From Octopus bimaculoides (taxonomy: Eukaryota), in contig NC_068998.1 of the NCBI RefSeq assembly GCF_001194135.2, forward strand, positions 51,624,981 to 51,688,980: a DNA stretch of 64,000 nt, given 5' to 3'. The position numbers and the translations under genes are program-made. The notes under the pieces are model-generated. The model made no database searches and was not told the origin of the DNA. It saw only the letters and a program-made list of their open reading frames with translations. Below are positions 23,675 through 37,187 of the stretch, piece after piece (within the stretch, counting starts at the first letter, position 1; every line of letters starts with the position of its first letter).

Positions 23675-25735
23675 GTCTGAAATAAGTTAATTATGGTGCT
23701 TTCTTTTCACTTTTTGGGGTGTTTTCTTTATCTTGGACATGTTAACACAATGTTTCAATTTATATTCTGTCCAGTTAGTAACAATTCTAAACCCTGACTA
23801 TACATGAGATGGTAGTACCTATTCCTTCAAGGTGATAAATGTTAGTATAAAATCTGATAAACAAATTCAGTTTGTCAGTATGGTACAAAGAAGGAGTGAC
23901 GAAGTCTTTTGGTGAAATGTTAAATTTTCTTTCATGCTCAAGAGTTGCAGCATGTCTTCAAAAAACATAACTAAGTGTTATATATACAGTGAGAGGAGTG
24001 AGAGCTACATAGTATATATTTCTTATGTTTTCTTCATCTCTAGAGAATCGTGTTTTAGGAAAGATAGGCACTGTAATCCAATATTATTATGGGAGCTGCA
24101 TATAATAACTTCAATAGCTTTTAAGCCCACACTTGTGGCCACTGTCAATACATTGTTTAGTTTACAACAATTTAGAAACGAGATGTTTGTTGGGGGAATT
24201 TACAGTTGAGGACTTGTATTCTAGCCCTAGAGCAGACCTGTATTCGTGCTATGCCATTTCTGAGTATTTTACTGTTTTAGACATCTAGGACTATATTGCT
24301 CAATGTGTCTCCTTATTTAGTGCTGTGTTTCTCAAAGGTGAGGACAGGGTGAGAAGTTTGAAAATGGGACAGATAAATTCTCATGTTTAATACAATTAAG
24401 ATGATGTCTAACTTTTTGAATTTGTCCTACATCATGGCAGCTGGGGCTAAATTACAGCAACATTCGTCCTAAACCAGGACTGCCATGTTATGTTGGCAAA
24501 CAATCTTTACTACAAAGTATTGTTGCTGAATATCTCTTGTTGTGAGATGTACAAATAGTAATTTTCTAATTTAACTGTGATTTTGTTGAGTTTTCTTTCT
24601 TCTTTGGCGAAGGAATGTGATCTCTGAATAACGTGTTTATGGTTGGCTAGTTCAGCTCTAAACCTGTATTCTCAAATTAACCTTGATTAAGCATGCTTAT
24701 GATCAAAGCTCTTCTAACATAGACCATCCCATAAATTATTCATACGTACTTTTTCCTGTTCCTAGGACAGTCGTATATATAATACTGTCTTTTGTGTGAG
24801 AGTGTTTTAAGATAGTAAGGTGTGGTTTGGTGGTGATAAGAGCTGCTATTTCTAGCAGTCGGAACAACCACACAGTCTTATCCGCTGTTACTTTGATGTA
24901 ACTAAAATGAATGTATTCACTACTTTCGTCTGTATTTTTGTTCTAATTTAAAAAAATAGAATCTTTCTAAATGTTATTATTGCTGTCCCCTTTCAACAAT
25001 GATCGAGCAGTATTTCGCCATGATCATCTTGTATTTTAAGGACTGGGGCTACATTTCCTTACATGCGCATCCCTTATATAAAACTGTAGTGTTTAATTTA
25101 ACGGAGATTTAGCTGCTGTTTCTAGCTGGTCGTGTAGCTCTGTAGCTGCGTCATCGATGACTTGTTTACGACACACTCTCGAGAAGCGTGCAAGCACCGA
25201 GATGTTGCAGAGTTGCAGGAAAATAAAGCGTGAGAAATGGTTTCCAGTTAAATTCTAGCAGAATGCTACTATGGTAGTTCCAAGGGAGACAATAGAAATC
25301 ATGATCGATAACTCAAAATAACTTCGAATTCGGAATATTTTGAGTTGTCTTTCTTTACGCATTGCTGCTCTTAACTTTAACATGGTTATGCGCTAGAAGA
25401 TGGAATCCTTTACATGGTTGCTATCAGTGCTAGAAATATCAACCAAATCTTCCTCACATTGTAACTTAGGTTACAGGAACGTAAATACATCGTCAATTGG
25501 TGGTGGTGGTGGTTGTGGTTGGACAAACACAGACAAACAAATACATATAGGCCCAGGAATGGCTGTGTGGTAAGAAGCTTGCATCCCAACCATATGGTTC
25601 AAGGTTCAGTCCCACTGTGCGGCACCTTGTGAAAATGTCTTCTACTATAGCTTCAGGCCGACCAAAGCCTTGTGAGTGGATCTGGAAACTGAAAGAAGAC
25701 CGGACGCGACTCTATCTCTTTCTCTATCACTTTTC

Positions 25736-25860
25736 CCCCTCTCGTTCTTCCTCTGTTACTACTACGTATCTCTCTTTACCCCTCTCGTTCTTCCTTCTGT
25801 TACTACTATATCTCTCCCTTTCCCCTCTCGTTCTTCCTTCTGTTATTACTATATTTCTCT
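25736..25860. repeat. Three tandem copies of a 43-bp pyrimidine-rich unit
   Basis: cccctctcgttcttcc(t)tctgttactacta starts at 25736, 25779 and 25822. Confidence 0.85.
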
Positions 25861-26219
25861 CTTCCTCTCTTTCTCTCGTTGCTCACCTATACTTCTACTT
25901 CCTCCCCTTGTTTCTCCCTCTACCACTCTCTCTCTCTTCCTTACCCCTCCCTGGTCACATGCTTCCGGTTACTAATCCTTTTCTTCCTTGGCTATAGCCG
26001 AGCAAACACGCGAACTTACTTCGTTCCGGCTTTCAGTTCGTGCCTCACAGCGTTCATATACACATAATTTTTCACGTCTGGCCTAATAGCTATTTCCGTT
26101 TGTTTTCCTGACTTGTTTTCTTTTCCGTTTGTTTTCCTGTCTTGTTTTTTGTCCGCCACTACATTCCTCCATGGCACAGGTTTAATTTGTGCATACAAAT
26201 TTAATTTGCGGTCCATGGG

Positions 26220-26332
26220 AAGAGCCGTTTTAACGATGCGTCCTGCCCAACTCTTCGAAACGCCGGTGTTAAAACGGGGGTAGCTGATAAAGGAAAATGT
26301 TCTCTATGTGGCTTGTGTGTATTCTTTATTAT
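26220..26332 (+). mobile_element. Dispersed repeat, possibly PLE-related; second copy on - strand at about 60530-60695
   Basis: Shared aactcttcgaaacgc...agctgat(a/g)aagga(a)aatgttctctatgtggc in both copies, each beside (TA)n or a gap. Confidence 0.55.
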
Positions 26333-26830
26333 NNNNNNNNNNNNNNNNNNNNNNNNNNNNNNNNNNNNNNNNNNNNNNNNNNNNNNNNNNNNNNNNNNNN
26401 NNNNNNNNNNNNNNNNNNNNNNNNNNNNNNNNNNNNNNNNNNNNNNNNNNNNNNNNNNNNNNNNNNNNNNNNNNNNNNNNNNNNNNNNNNNNNNNNNNNN
26501 NNNNNNNNNNNNNNNNNNNNNNNNNNNNNNNNNNNNNNNNNNNNNNNNNNNNNNNNNNNNNNNNNNNNNNNNNNNNNNNNNNNNNNNNNNNNNNNNNNNN
26601 NNNNNNNNNNNNNNNNNNNNNNNNNNNNNNNNNNNNNNNNNNNNNNNNNNNNNNNNNNNNNNNNNNNNNNNNNNNNNNNNNNNNNNNNNNNNNNNNNNNN
26701 NNNNNNNNNNNNNNNNNNNNNNNNNNNNNNNNNNNNNNNNNNNNNNNNNNNNNNNNNNNNNNNNNNNNNNNNNNNNNNNNNNNNNNNNNNNNNNNNNNNN
26801 NNNNNNNNNNNNNNNNNNNNNNNNNNNNNN
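26333..26830. other. Assembly gap (N)
   Basis: Run of N. Smaller gaps at 36470-36479, 43608-43652, 57302-57350 and 58856-58931. Confidence 1.
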
Positions 26831-26831
26831 N

Positions 26832-26870
<39 letters not shown>

Positions 26871-27656
26871 TATATGTACGTATGTACACGCGTCTGTGTG
26901 AACCCCAGTATTTTATTTGTTACTTATTTTATCCAATCACAGAATTGAGACTAGGTAAATCGACCTTGGCAAGATTTGAACTCGGATCGTAACTAAATAA
27001 ACCAAGGTGTTTACTTGCTTTAGTGATTGGACTGGGATACTGTCTTGAAGTATTTACTCGAACAAATATCGACTCCAGTGTTATTTTTAAGCACGATACT
27101 TATTCTATCGTTCGTTTTTATCGAATCGCTATAACGTAGGGACGTTAACAAACCAACACCAGTTGTCATACATATACACATACAACGGACATCTTTTAGT
27201 TTCCGTCTACCGAATCCATTCACAAGGCTTTGGTCGGGCCGGTTCTATAGTAGACAACATTACGCAGTGGGACTGAACCCAGAACCATGTGATAAGGAAG
27301 CAAAGCCTCCGACCGCACTGCCATCCCTATATTCACACACACACACACACACACAAGATGATCTTTGACGCTGATTTCGCCTCCGAAATAAATGTCATTC
27401 ACGGGGCTTTGATAGACCCCAGGCTGTTTGTAGAAGTTACTTGCTGAATGTGCTGTACGGTGGAATTGGACTCAAATCTATGATAACATGATCGCCAAAC
27501 GACCCTAACCACTGAGCTATGTCTGCATTCATTATTCATCCTCATAAAATATTCAAACCAGTCGCTTTATTCCGTTTTGTCGAGACGTTCACATAACCGT
27601 GTGTGCATATGTGTGTAAATGTATGTATATATCTATATGTGCATTCGTGTGTGTGC

Positions 27657-27693
<37 letters not shown>

Positions 27694-27779
27694 AGTAAAA
27701 ATAAATACAAAAAAGGTGGGGTTTTTTGTATGATTGTGTATAGAGGAATATATTATTTTGCTTAAAAGAGTTCCAACAC

Positions 27780-27815
<36 letters not shown>

Positions 27816-27887
27816 GTGTGCGTGTGTGTGTTGCTTTCTATTGCAGCCACCGATGAGTCATGGTCTTCGCCAACCATTTCCACTCAC

Positions 27888-27915
27888 CTGTTTCACAGGT
27901 CCTGCAACAGGTCAT
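27888..27915 (-). CDS. Candidate first coding exon on - strand (MTCCRTCET, phase 1)
   Basis: Consensus CAG|GTGAGT donor at 27887, ATG at 27915, about 1 kb from the 28.9 kb promoter. Could be non-coding. Confidence 0.28.
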
Positions 27916-28819
27916 GGGCGTTGATCCTCCTCCTCCTCTGACTAAGAAGCCTGACTCACTTCTGTCAGGCACAAAACATTTACGTTATCATTAAATTATC
28001 CAGATTTATCTATCAGTCAGTCTACATCCCCCCCCTCCTCTCTCTATCTCTATCTATCTATCTATTGGAAACACCTCCTGTCATCTCTCCACCTCCAACG
28101 CCGCGTCTTTCTCTCTCTCTCTGTTTCTGTTTCTCCTCGCTCTCTCCTCCCTGTGTCCTGTACAATCCTTTCTCTATCTGCCTTTCGTATTCTCTTCCAT
28201 AGTTCTCTCCCCTCCCTCACTCTCTATCTCCCCTCCCTCACTCTCTCTTCCTCCCCTCTCTCTCTCTCTCTCTCTGTAACTTTTTCCACACTCTCTATAA
28301 TGGAAATTATTGACAACTTTTGTTTTATGCTAATTTCTTTTAACTGAAGGTTTGTGTGTGCGTATGTAGTTAAGTATGTTTATATTTAAATCTTTCCGTT
28401 AATCTAGAATTCGGAATTTTGTCAGTGAAGAGAGATCGCTGTCTCAAAGAGACGAAAATATTTTGGCAAATTAAATTTAAATGTTGAAATGAATCTAACG
28501 GTTTCTGAATGTTTCTAAATGACTTATAAACACCTTTCACGCTGCAATTGTTTTTGTTTCAGCACACGATCTCAGAACAGGTCACTTGCTATGCAAGTGC
28601 ATCTGCGTAATTCAATAATCAAATATCGTCATATTCCTTCTTACATCGTTCATATTTAAACCTGAGATCAATTCTGACTCAGCCGTTCTATAGTCAAAAC
28701 AATTCTACCCCACTGTAGTGAAACTACCTATCGTCACTAGATACAAACTACTATCGCCATTACATACAATCTTCTCATTTAAATATAAATAAATGCGAGC
28801 GTAGTAGAGAACCCATTCC

Positions 28820-28925
28820 TTGTCATCACGTGACTGATTATTATTCGAATCGGCAATCTCTTCGAACCTTTCCCGCCAGAACGCAAACTGACCAATCACG
28901 ACCCCTAATAAGGTCACGTGATAGA
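28820..28925. promoter_or_regulatory. Core promoter cluster: two E-boxes, an E2F-like site and a CCAAT box
   Basis: ATCACGTGAC 28825-34, TTTCCCGC 28869-76, CCAATCA 28892-98 and GTCACGTGAT 28913-22, in a CpG-rich non-repeat segment. Confidence 0.65.
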
Positions 28926-29031
28926 GTAAAATTCTAAAGGCATTTGGAGCCCTCTTAACGCTATATATAGATCAACTCATACCCAATAATTTGTCTCGGT
29001 CCAGTTTCTCTTTGAGAACTGTTCCGTGTAC

Positions 29032-29704
29032 NNNNNNNNNNNNNNNNNNNNNNNNNNNNNNNNNNNNNNNNNNNNNNNNNNNNNNNNNNNNNNNNNNNNN
29101 NNNNNNNNNNNNNNNNNNNNNNNNNNNNNNNNNNNNNNNNNNNNNNNNNNNNNNNNNNNNNNNNNNNNNNNNNNNNNNNNNNNNNNNNNNNNNNNNNNNN
29201 NNNNNNNNNNNNNNNNNNNNNNNNNNNNNNNNNNNNNNNNNNNNNNNNNNNNNNNNNNNNNNNNNNNNNNNNNNNNNNNNNNNNNNNNNNNNNNNNNNNN
29301 NNNNNNNNNNNNNNNNNNNNNNNNNNNNNNNNNNNNNNNNNNNNNNNNNNNNNNNNNNNNNNNNNNNNNNNNNNNNNNNNNNNNNNNNNNNNNNNNNNNN
29401 NNNNNNNNNNNNNNNNNNNNNNNNNNNNNNNNNNNNNNNNNNNNNNNNNNNNNNNNNNNNNNNNNNNNNNNNNNNNNNNNNNNNNNNNNNNNNNNNNNNN
29501 NNNNNNNNNNNNNNNNNNNNNNNNNNNNNNNNNNNNNNNNNNNNNNNNNNNNNNNNNNNNNNNNNNNNNNNNNNNNNNNNNNNNNNNNNNNNNNNNNNNN
29601 NNNNNNNNNNNNNNNNNNNNNNNNNNNNNNNNNNNNNNNNNNNNNNNNNNNNNNNNNNNNNNNNNNNNNNNNNNNNNNNNNNNNNNNNNNNNNNNNNNNN
29701 NNNN
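29032..29704. other. Assembly gap (N) immediately downstream of the promoter cluster
   Basis: Run of N; may hide a first exon. Confidence 1.
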
Positions 29705-30115
29705 AAAGACATGGTATAATTGCTCACGTGTTATTGACTCTCTTTCTCTGCTGTAATATTTCACATACACATACATGTATCACTCACATACATACTTTTC
29801 TTTGTACAACGGCCTGTCTTTGATTATGTTCTTATGTCGCATTCACACTCACACACAGACATACATCTTTAACGCCATAATAAATATCTCTGTTATTTCA
29901 TCTAATACGGTTGTGGTCTTTCATTACTGGTCATCTATGTTATCGTCGCATAACATATCATCTATATCATCCATCGATATATTATTTTGTGTTCGACCGT
30001 GTGACACGTTTAAATAAAAGGAGTCCTCTGTTTTTCCATTCGTCACCATTTCTCCTTTATGAGTTCGCACGGTCGTTCCCTTACACCACCACCAACGTTA
30101 TTTATTTATCTATAG

Positions 30116-30265
30116 TGCTCTTTCCTGAGGTTGTGGTTTTAGAGTGGACAGTTCCCAACTTAACGGTCTTTGCATCCCTAGGGATCCCTAAAAGTTCTGT
30201 GAACAATGTCCAGAATTTCGAGGCTGCATTTAAGTTAGATACATATCGACGAGTGGCACCCAATT
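30116..30265 (+). CDS. Candidate 150-nt symmetric phase-1 exon (LFPEVVVLEWTVPNLTVFASLGIPKSSVNNVQNFEAAFKLDTYRRVAPN)
   Basis: tttatctatag acceptor, T|gtaagg donor and open frame. The antisense frame is also open, so the strand is uncertain. Confidence 0.27.
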
Positions 30266-32021
30266 GTAAGGTCATGGATTTGGTTCATGGGCTGAGATCA
30301 TAACGTTCTTCCCTTAAAAGGGGACGCCGGTCATTTGCAGGGTCCAAAACCAGTAGTTTTGAGGAGAGAGGATAAATCGATCACGAAGTGATGAAAGGCA
30401 AAGTTAACCTTGTTGGGATCTGAACGTAAAGATCCAGAAGAAACGACACTTAGCATTTTGTTCGACGTGATAACCATATTGCCAGCTCGCACAATAGGTT
30501 TGTTATTGATCGTTCAACCATGACTTAACAAATCTATTTCTAAAGGCCCTCTAGCCACGACCATGCCGTCCATCTTACGAGCATTGCGCACGTACGACTT
30601 GCAATTTCGAATGTAGCCTTCTCTTTTCTAGATTGTACAAGACTTGGCTGCTATTTCTAACAGGTCAGAAGCTCCATAGTTGACTTAGTAAATTTGGAAT
30701 AGAAAGTGAAACTTTCCATTACTGTTTACACGAACTAAATTCAAGGGAAATTATTTCTTCTAATACATCATTATTCTCCCTTGGATTGGTAAAGCTCTAG
30801 TTTTCTGTTACTGATCTGTTTTAGTACCACAACGAAACAGTTTCTTAGATGTGACATTTTAAAAAGAGTGCTTTTAGCATACCTCTGAGATGATTGATAT
30901 TTTCTCCTATCGATCTTGATAGACTAAATCTATAGCTAAAGGCATTCCAGTCAAGACACTCCATTTTAGTAGAGTGGACCACCCGATGATGAACCATATC
31001 TCATGCTGACTGCTACTCGAAAGAGGTTGCCCACACCAGATTATAAAAAAATAATATGATATGATTTGAGAGGATTTTGGCTGCTATTTCTAGCAAGTCT
31101 CGTGATCATATGCTGACTCCTTCGTTGGCTCAGCAGTTTTTTTTTTTGTTTATTTTTGTAAACTTGATAATTTTAAAAATTTAAGTACCTGGCTTAGAAA
31201 ATAAGTTCTGGGGTCAATTAGTTCAACTGAAATTCTTCAGTGGACACAGTTTACTGAATGAAACAAGTAAGAAATAAAAGATACACTGCTAAAAGACATA
31301 CGCATGCTCACGTTCTTGTCATTATTGTCATTACTACCATTGTCATCATCGTAATTTTATGTCCGATTTTCCATGCTGGCATGAGTTGGAAGGTTTCTTA
31401 TTGGTTGCCCCCTTTGATATGCCCCCAAGAAATGCAGGAGGCACGGCCCTGCAAATTTAACTGATTATTTCAAATCTAGACACAAGGCCAGCAATTTTGA
31501 ATTGGTGTGGAGTACTGACTCAGTACATGGTACTTTATTTTATTGAGTCTGAAACTATGAAAGGTGAAGTTGACTCCAGCAGGATTTGAACCCAGAACAT
31601 AAAGATCCAGGACGAATACTGCAAGATGTTTTGTTTGATGTTCTAACATTCTTGTTAGCCACCTCTTTCCTAGATTTTAATTAATTAAAAATATAATGCA
31701 GCCAGGAAGTGAATCTGATCTTAGCTGTGTGACATTCTGTTGTTAAATCATTATAACTTATTAAACTTTTGGCTAGAACCAATCCTAGTTAATGACTATT
31801 TCTGGTTAATGAGGATTTCTCATCACCAAGGGTGTGGTTTTCATTAATTAAAGTTTTCTTGGTTCACCACACTGAAGATGTCAGCATCAACCTCACTAAT
31901 TTGTTTTCATGCAAAACATGTTCTTGAGTATTTTTGTTTTTTTTGTTTTCTAGTCTTTATTTCATGCTTAACCCTGCCAGCCGGGAGATCACCATGACCC
32001 ACTCCATTGTCCTCACACAAG

Positions 32022-32067
<46 letters not shown>

Positions 32068-34172
32068 ACATGCAATTTAACTTTTGATGGTTTTTCTGTT
32101 ATTGCTATCTCTTCCTTATGAAACAACTACAACAAAAAACATTAGCATAACCCTTTAACCACGAAATTAAATTTCATGATTATTCCAGCATTGATGTTAA
32201 ATGTCTACTCAAAAATAGAATTGGTATTTTCTACAAGTCACATTGCCTCTCTAAACTTGATATATCTCAACCAAAAAGAGTTCAAACATGACATTCTTCA
32301 ACAAAAGATAGATTGTTATACAAAACCACTTTCTGCAGTTAAAGGTAACGAAAATTTGAGTGGATATATATATATACCTGATCTCTGCTCTAAAAAGGTT
32401 ATGATGAATTACTTGTTGCTGTAAAAAAATGAAGAAATATGTAAATAATAATTATTGAGAAGAGGAATAAGATTTCATAAGAAATACTGAAATAAACCTT
32501 GGGTGATAGACTTAATCCATCACTTTATTTAGCACCTTCTTCTGGCCATTAAATGCCACTAAGTCTGATACATTACTTCCTACTGAACCAACTCATGAAT
32601 CATGGTCGGTTCCACTAATTTTCTCACCATTCTCAGAAACCCTGCAAAAGGTCACAGGTACCGCCCTGCTGCTGACTAAGCCATAAATATACATGTCTAA
32701 GAAAATTTCTTTCAACCAATTTTTTGATATAGAAGTTTGAAGAGAAAACTAAATTCTCTATCATTCTTTTTTAAAAATTTCTCACCTATTCAAATGTAAT
32801 TATCTCCCTTACATATGTTCTGTCTTACGCTGCGAGAGACACGATATATCATCGGCTTCCTTCATGCCGCTTCCAGCTCTCATCTTCATAGCTGTAAAAC
32901 AGTGATTTCTTATTAAGCTGTATCGCATGGACAAGTACAGTAAACAATCGTTTGCTTAAATCATTTGTAGCCAAAAAAAGTTAATAAAAGAAATAATCAG
33001 CCCTAGGAAAGTAGGAAATGGTTATGAGGTGTGCATGCCTTTCCCAAAAACTGTGGGGAAATAGTAAAACATAAAACTAGGAATCGATTCATTATTCGAG
33101 ATACATTTTGCCATGAGCTTTATCATTTATGCTACAGTGCTCATTTGATTCATAGCAAATCACATTCTATCATCTTAAAACAGGGAGAACACTTTGGATA
33201 TTGCAGTCTTAGGCAAACGAAAATATAGGGCATTCGAAGCTGGAACACGTTTGATCATAAATCTGTTTGATTAGAATTGACCTCAAGTTGACATCCCTTC
33301 TCCATCATCTTCCTCTTCTGACTGGAGTAACCATATATCTCCCTTACAGCTAAGCACAGAGTTAATCTGAGACTAAACAACTACTATTAGGACTCAAAAT
33401 CTATTTTTGAAAGAAATGTCACAGTATGATGAAAGTTCTCCAGCAAAAATTATTGGATTTTGCAGAAAATAAATTGGAATAAATTACTTTTTGATTTCTT
33501 TACCTTTAGTATTCCTACAAGGAGACACTGTGATTCTCACAAGGAGACACTCTTTCAATTTTCTCAATATATTCTCAATTGTTTTCATTATGAGATCAGC
33601 ACATAGCTTTATGGTGAAGGTGTTTCCTTTGCTAATGTATAGTTTCTAGTTTGATTTCCTGCTGCATAGCACCTTGGATAAGTGTCGCTTGGTTGTATCT
33701 TTTAAGTGGATTAATTCTTATAAAGTTGGGTTTGATAGACAGGAACTCTGTGTGTCTGTGTTTGTGCAAACCAATAAGAATCTGCATTCTGTTTATGTCA
33801 ATTCAGTAAAATAGGATTCAATAAAGTGAGTGTTAGCGTGAAACATGTTCTCGAGGATCAATGTCAGAGACCAAAGTCCCTGAAAGCAGTTCTCCAGTAT
33901 GACAGCACTTCAGAAAATTATCTTTTCGCTTTACTGCTGCCTTGCTGGAGCACTTTCCTGAAGGGTTCAATTGAACAAATCAACCCCAGTAGTTTTTCTT
34001 TATTCGTTGTTTTTTTTTTTTTTCTATGTCTGGTAATCATTCAGTTGGTCTCTTTTGCTGAACCACTTATGTTACACTGATGTTACAGGAACATACACAA
34101 CCCAACACTGGTTCTCAAGCAGTGGTGAAGAACATGGGGATGCACCCCACACACACACACACACACACGCAT

Positions 34173-34208
<36 letters not shown>

Positions 34209-35149
34209 GATAAGCTTCTTTCAGTTGCCATCTACCAGATCCACTCACAAAGCTTTGGTTGGCCTAAGGCTATGGTAGAATACACTTGCCCAAGGTGCCA
34301 CATAGTGTGACTGAACGCAAAACCATGTGGTTGGGAAGCAAACTCCTTACCATACAGCCATGCATGCAACTAAATTTTTTTTTTTCTTTTTCTTTTAAAT
34401 GTGGTGAAAGAACAACACAGTTAAAGATAGCAGAAAAAAATTTAGATTTAAATGTTTAATTTGAATAGAGGACCCCTGTATTTTAATTAGAAATACAATC
34501 TCCTGGAATAACGTTTTGCTTTCTTGTACTTTATTATCTTCATTATTTTTTCATGAATTTGATCTGCAATCATCACCAGGTGTATCTTATTCATTTGCTG
34601 GAGGCTGAATTAGACCCAGGAACCATTGTTTCTAATCTCTATATCTACTAATCCAAGGGTTTATGTCTAATTATTTTTCCAGTTTTTTGGTTATATAAAT
34701 TTTTATTTTAATTAAGGCAGCAACCATATTGAATTGAAATCTGCCTGACATTAATTGGTTTGAGTTATCTTTTTAATTTAGCTTTTTCTCTTTGGTTCTT
34801 TGTAAGAGAAATTTCATTCCATAATTATGTTTTTGCCCATTTTTTTTCATTATGCTTGGCCATTACTGACTTCTTTCATTACTGTTTTGACCAGTTCATT
34901 GTAACTAATCTCCCTGACACAGTACATAAAAACTGGAGTAATCTATTTTCTGGCAAATCCATCATATCTTTTCTACATAATACTAAACCACATATATTAT
35001 TTTTATTTACTGTGTTTCAATCAAAGATTTTATTTGTTTTTAACTATATTAACTATTTTAGATAAAAAAAAAAAAATATGTATTGGAAAAAAATAGAATT
35101 TAGAGCTAGAACTATTTTATATGATGCATATGTACATACAGCTATGTAA

Positions 35150-35873
35150 CATGGCAGTGAAACATCGGTTTTGACTACAGAAGACCAGTGAAGGCTTGAA
35201 AGAAATGAAGCTAGCATGCTCTGCTGGATGGGTAATGTCAGTGTGCATGCATAACTGAGTGTAAATGATTTAAGAGGTGGACTAGGTACAAGAGCATCAG
35301 ATATTGCGTACAAAAGAGAAGACTGCACTGGTTTGGTCATGTGATGCGTATAGATGAGGACAGCTGTATAAAGTACTGAATTCTAATTGTGGAGGGTACC
35401 TTTGGAAGGGGTAGACCCAGGAAGGCATGGAACAAGGTGGTAAGAAAGGATCTTCGGATGCTGAGGAAATGACAAGGGACTGAGCGATGTGGGGATTTGC
35501 TGAACTTTATAAGATGCACCAAGCTAAGTAAAATCACTGTCCTCCACACATACAGGTTTGTCCTTAAGGTGCTGGTGCCACTTAAAAAGTACCCGTTGCC
35601 AGTGCTGCATTAGCACACTTGTGCTGGTGCCATGTGAGTGCATCTGTGTCAGTGCTACATAAATGCACCTGTGCTGGTGGCACATAAAAAGCACCCAGTA
35701 TACTCTGTTAAGTGGTTGACGTTAGGAAGAGCTTCCAGCCATAGAAACGATGCCACAACAGAGAGTTGGAGTCTAGACAGCACCCTGTTAGACAGCTCCA
35801 TTTCAAACCATCCAACCCATGCCAGTATGGAAAGAGGACACTAAATGGTGATGATGATGATGATGACGACGAC
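35150..35873 (+). mobile_element. 5'-truncated RTE-clade LINE (ORF2 C-terminus, 3' UTR and (GAT)n tail)
   Basis: QKRRLHWFGHVMRIDEDSCIKY*ILIVEGTFGRGRPRKAW from 35311, typical of the RTE ORF2 end; contains stops. Confidence 0.88.
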
Positions 35874-37187
35874 AGATTACTATTAGGGTGAGATTAGAAA
35901 GTTGACAAAACTGATTTGTTATTATCAACATCTTTTTAATGTCCAATTCCCCATGTTTGTATGAGTCACACAGAATTCATTTAGACAGATTTTTTATTGC
36001 CAGATCCCTTTTCTGTCAGCAACCCTCACTTGTTTTCAAGCAAAGTAATATTTCCACATGGCCAGACATTATTTTTTTTTATGGAAGATTAACTATGAAT
36101 AATGCTCATTTACAACCATCCCAAGATGCCAAGACAGAAACAGACATACACAAATACAAAAATGTACACACAAACATATATATATATATATATACACACA
36201 ACAGGCTTCTTTTAGTTTCTGTCTACCAAATTCACTCAAGGCTTTGATCGGCCGTTTTAAAATGTGGCTCCTATAGGAAAATACCTGCCGATGGTGCCAA
36301 GCAGCATTACTAAATATGAAGCCTCGTCGTTAGAAAGTAGGTGTCTTAGCCGCCGTCACACCTTTTTATTATAGCTGAATTTTCAATTTCATAAGATTAA
36401 TTATGGATTAATTTTCAAGTTTGGAGATTATTTATGGGTCAGTTTTTATGATCACAAACATTAATATAANNNNNNNNNNAAAAAAAAAAAAAAAAAAGAC
36501 AAAAGCTCAAAGAAATGAAAAATTTCAGTTTTGGGAAACTGCATTTGTTTTTTTTGTTTTTTTTTTGTTATAGCAACATTAAAATTAGGGTTTTTGATAT
36601 TACAGCCATTTAGATGATGTTTCCCAATTTCTATACATTGTTTTTCAAGTGTAGAACATTCTTTTTCACAAAAGTAATTTGTTGTAAAAAGCTGCCATAA
36701 TTTTGTTCTTTCCACATGTGTAGTTTTGAAAGCTTTTGCAGATTTTGACATCTGAAATTATATATATAAAAAAAAAAAGATCTCCTCTGTTCTGAAATTT
36801 AATATTTCTTTTTTGGAGTGAAGCTTGTGCCTTTGCCAATCCTTCAGGCACAATGACAGTTTTACAGTTAAAGGCATTCACAAGCCAACTGACATAATAT
36901 ATAATAAACGAACAATAAAAATGTAATAAATGCTAAAAACTATATAGATATATTTTATGCAAGAAAGGAAATCTGTGCATTGAAATATGTAAGCAAACAA
37001 TTAGAATATTTTTCAAGATTTGTAGCTTTAAAATTTACTTGAAAAATATTTTAATATAACTGCAGACATTATTCTTTGCTTACGCTTTTGTGAATTGCCT
37101 TGCATAACACTGCAAGTTACATAATGCATCCTCAGGTATGCATGCACCTTACTTTAAAAGCTTCTGAATATTAATATCATAGGTACA

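Noticed and set aside
26240-26310. GAAA followed by CTGAT(A/G)A here and at 60690-60640 (-), a possible type II hammerhead
   Set aside because: No stem I hairpin or convincing stem III with an NUH site can be formed in either copy.
26297-29823. The longest ORFs in the track (186-271 aa)
   Set aside because: They are runs of X across assembly gaps flanked by (TA)n.
32560-33360. Apparent - strand exons with good splice sites
   Set aside because: They overlap the dispersed repeat family (aaatctccc..., ...ctgatcaaacagac.tatgatcaaag...), and the frames do not chain without early stops.
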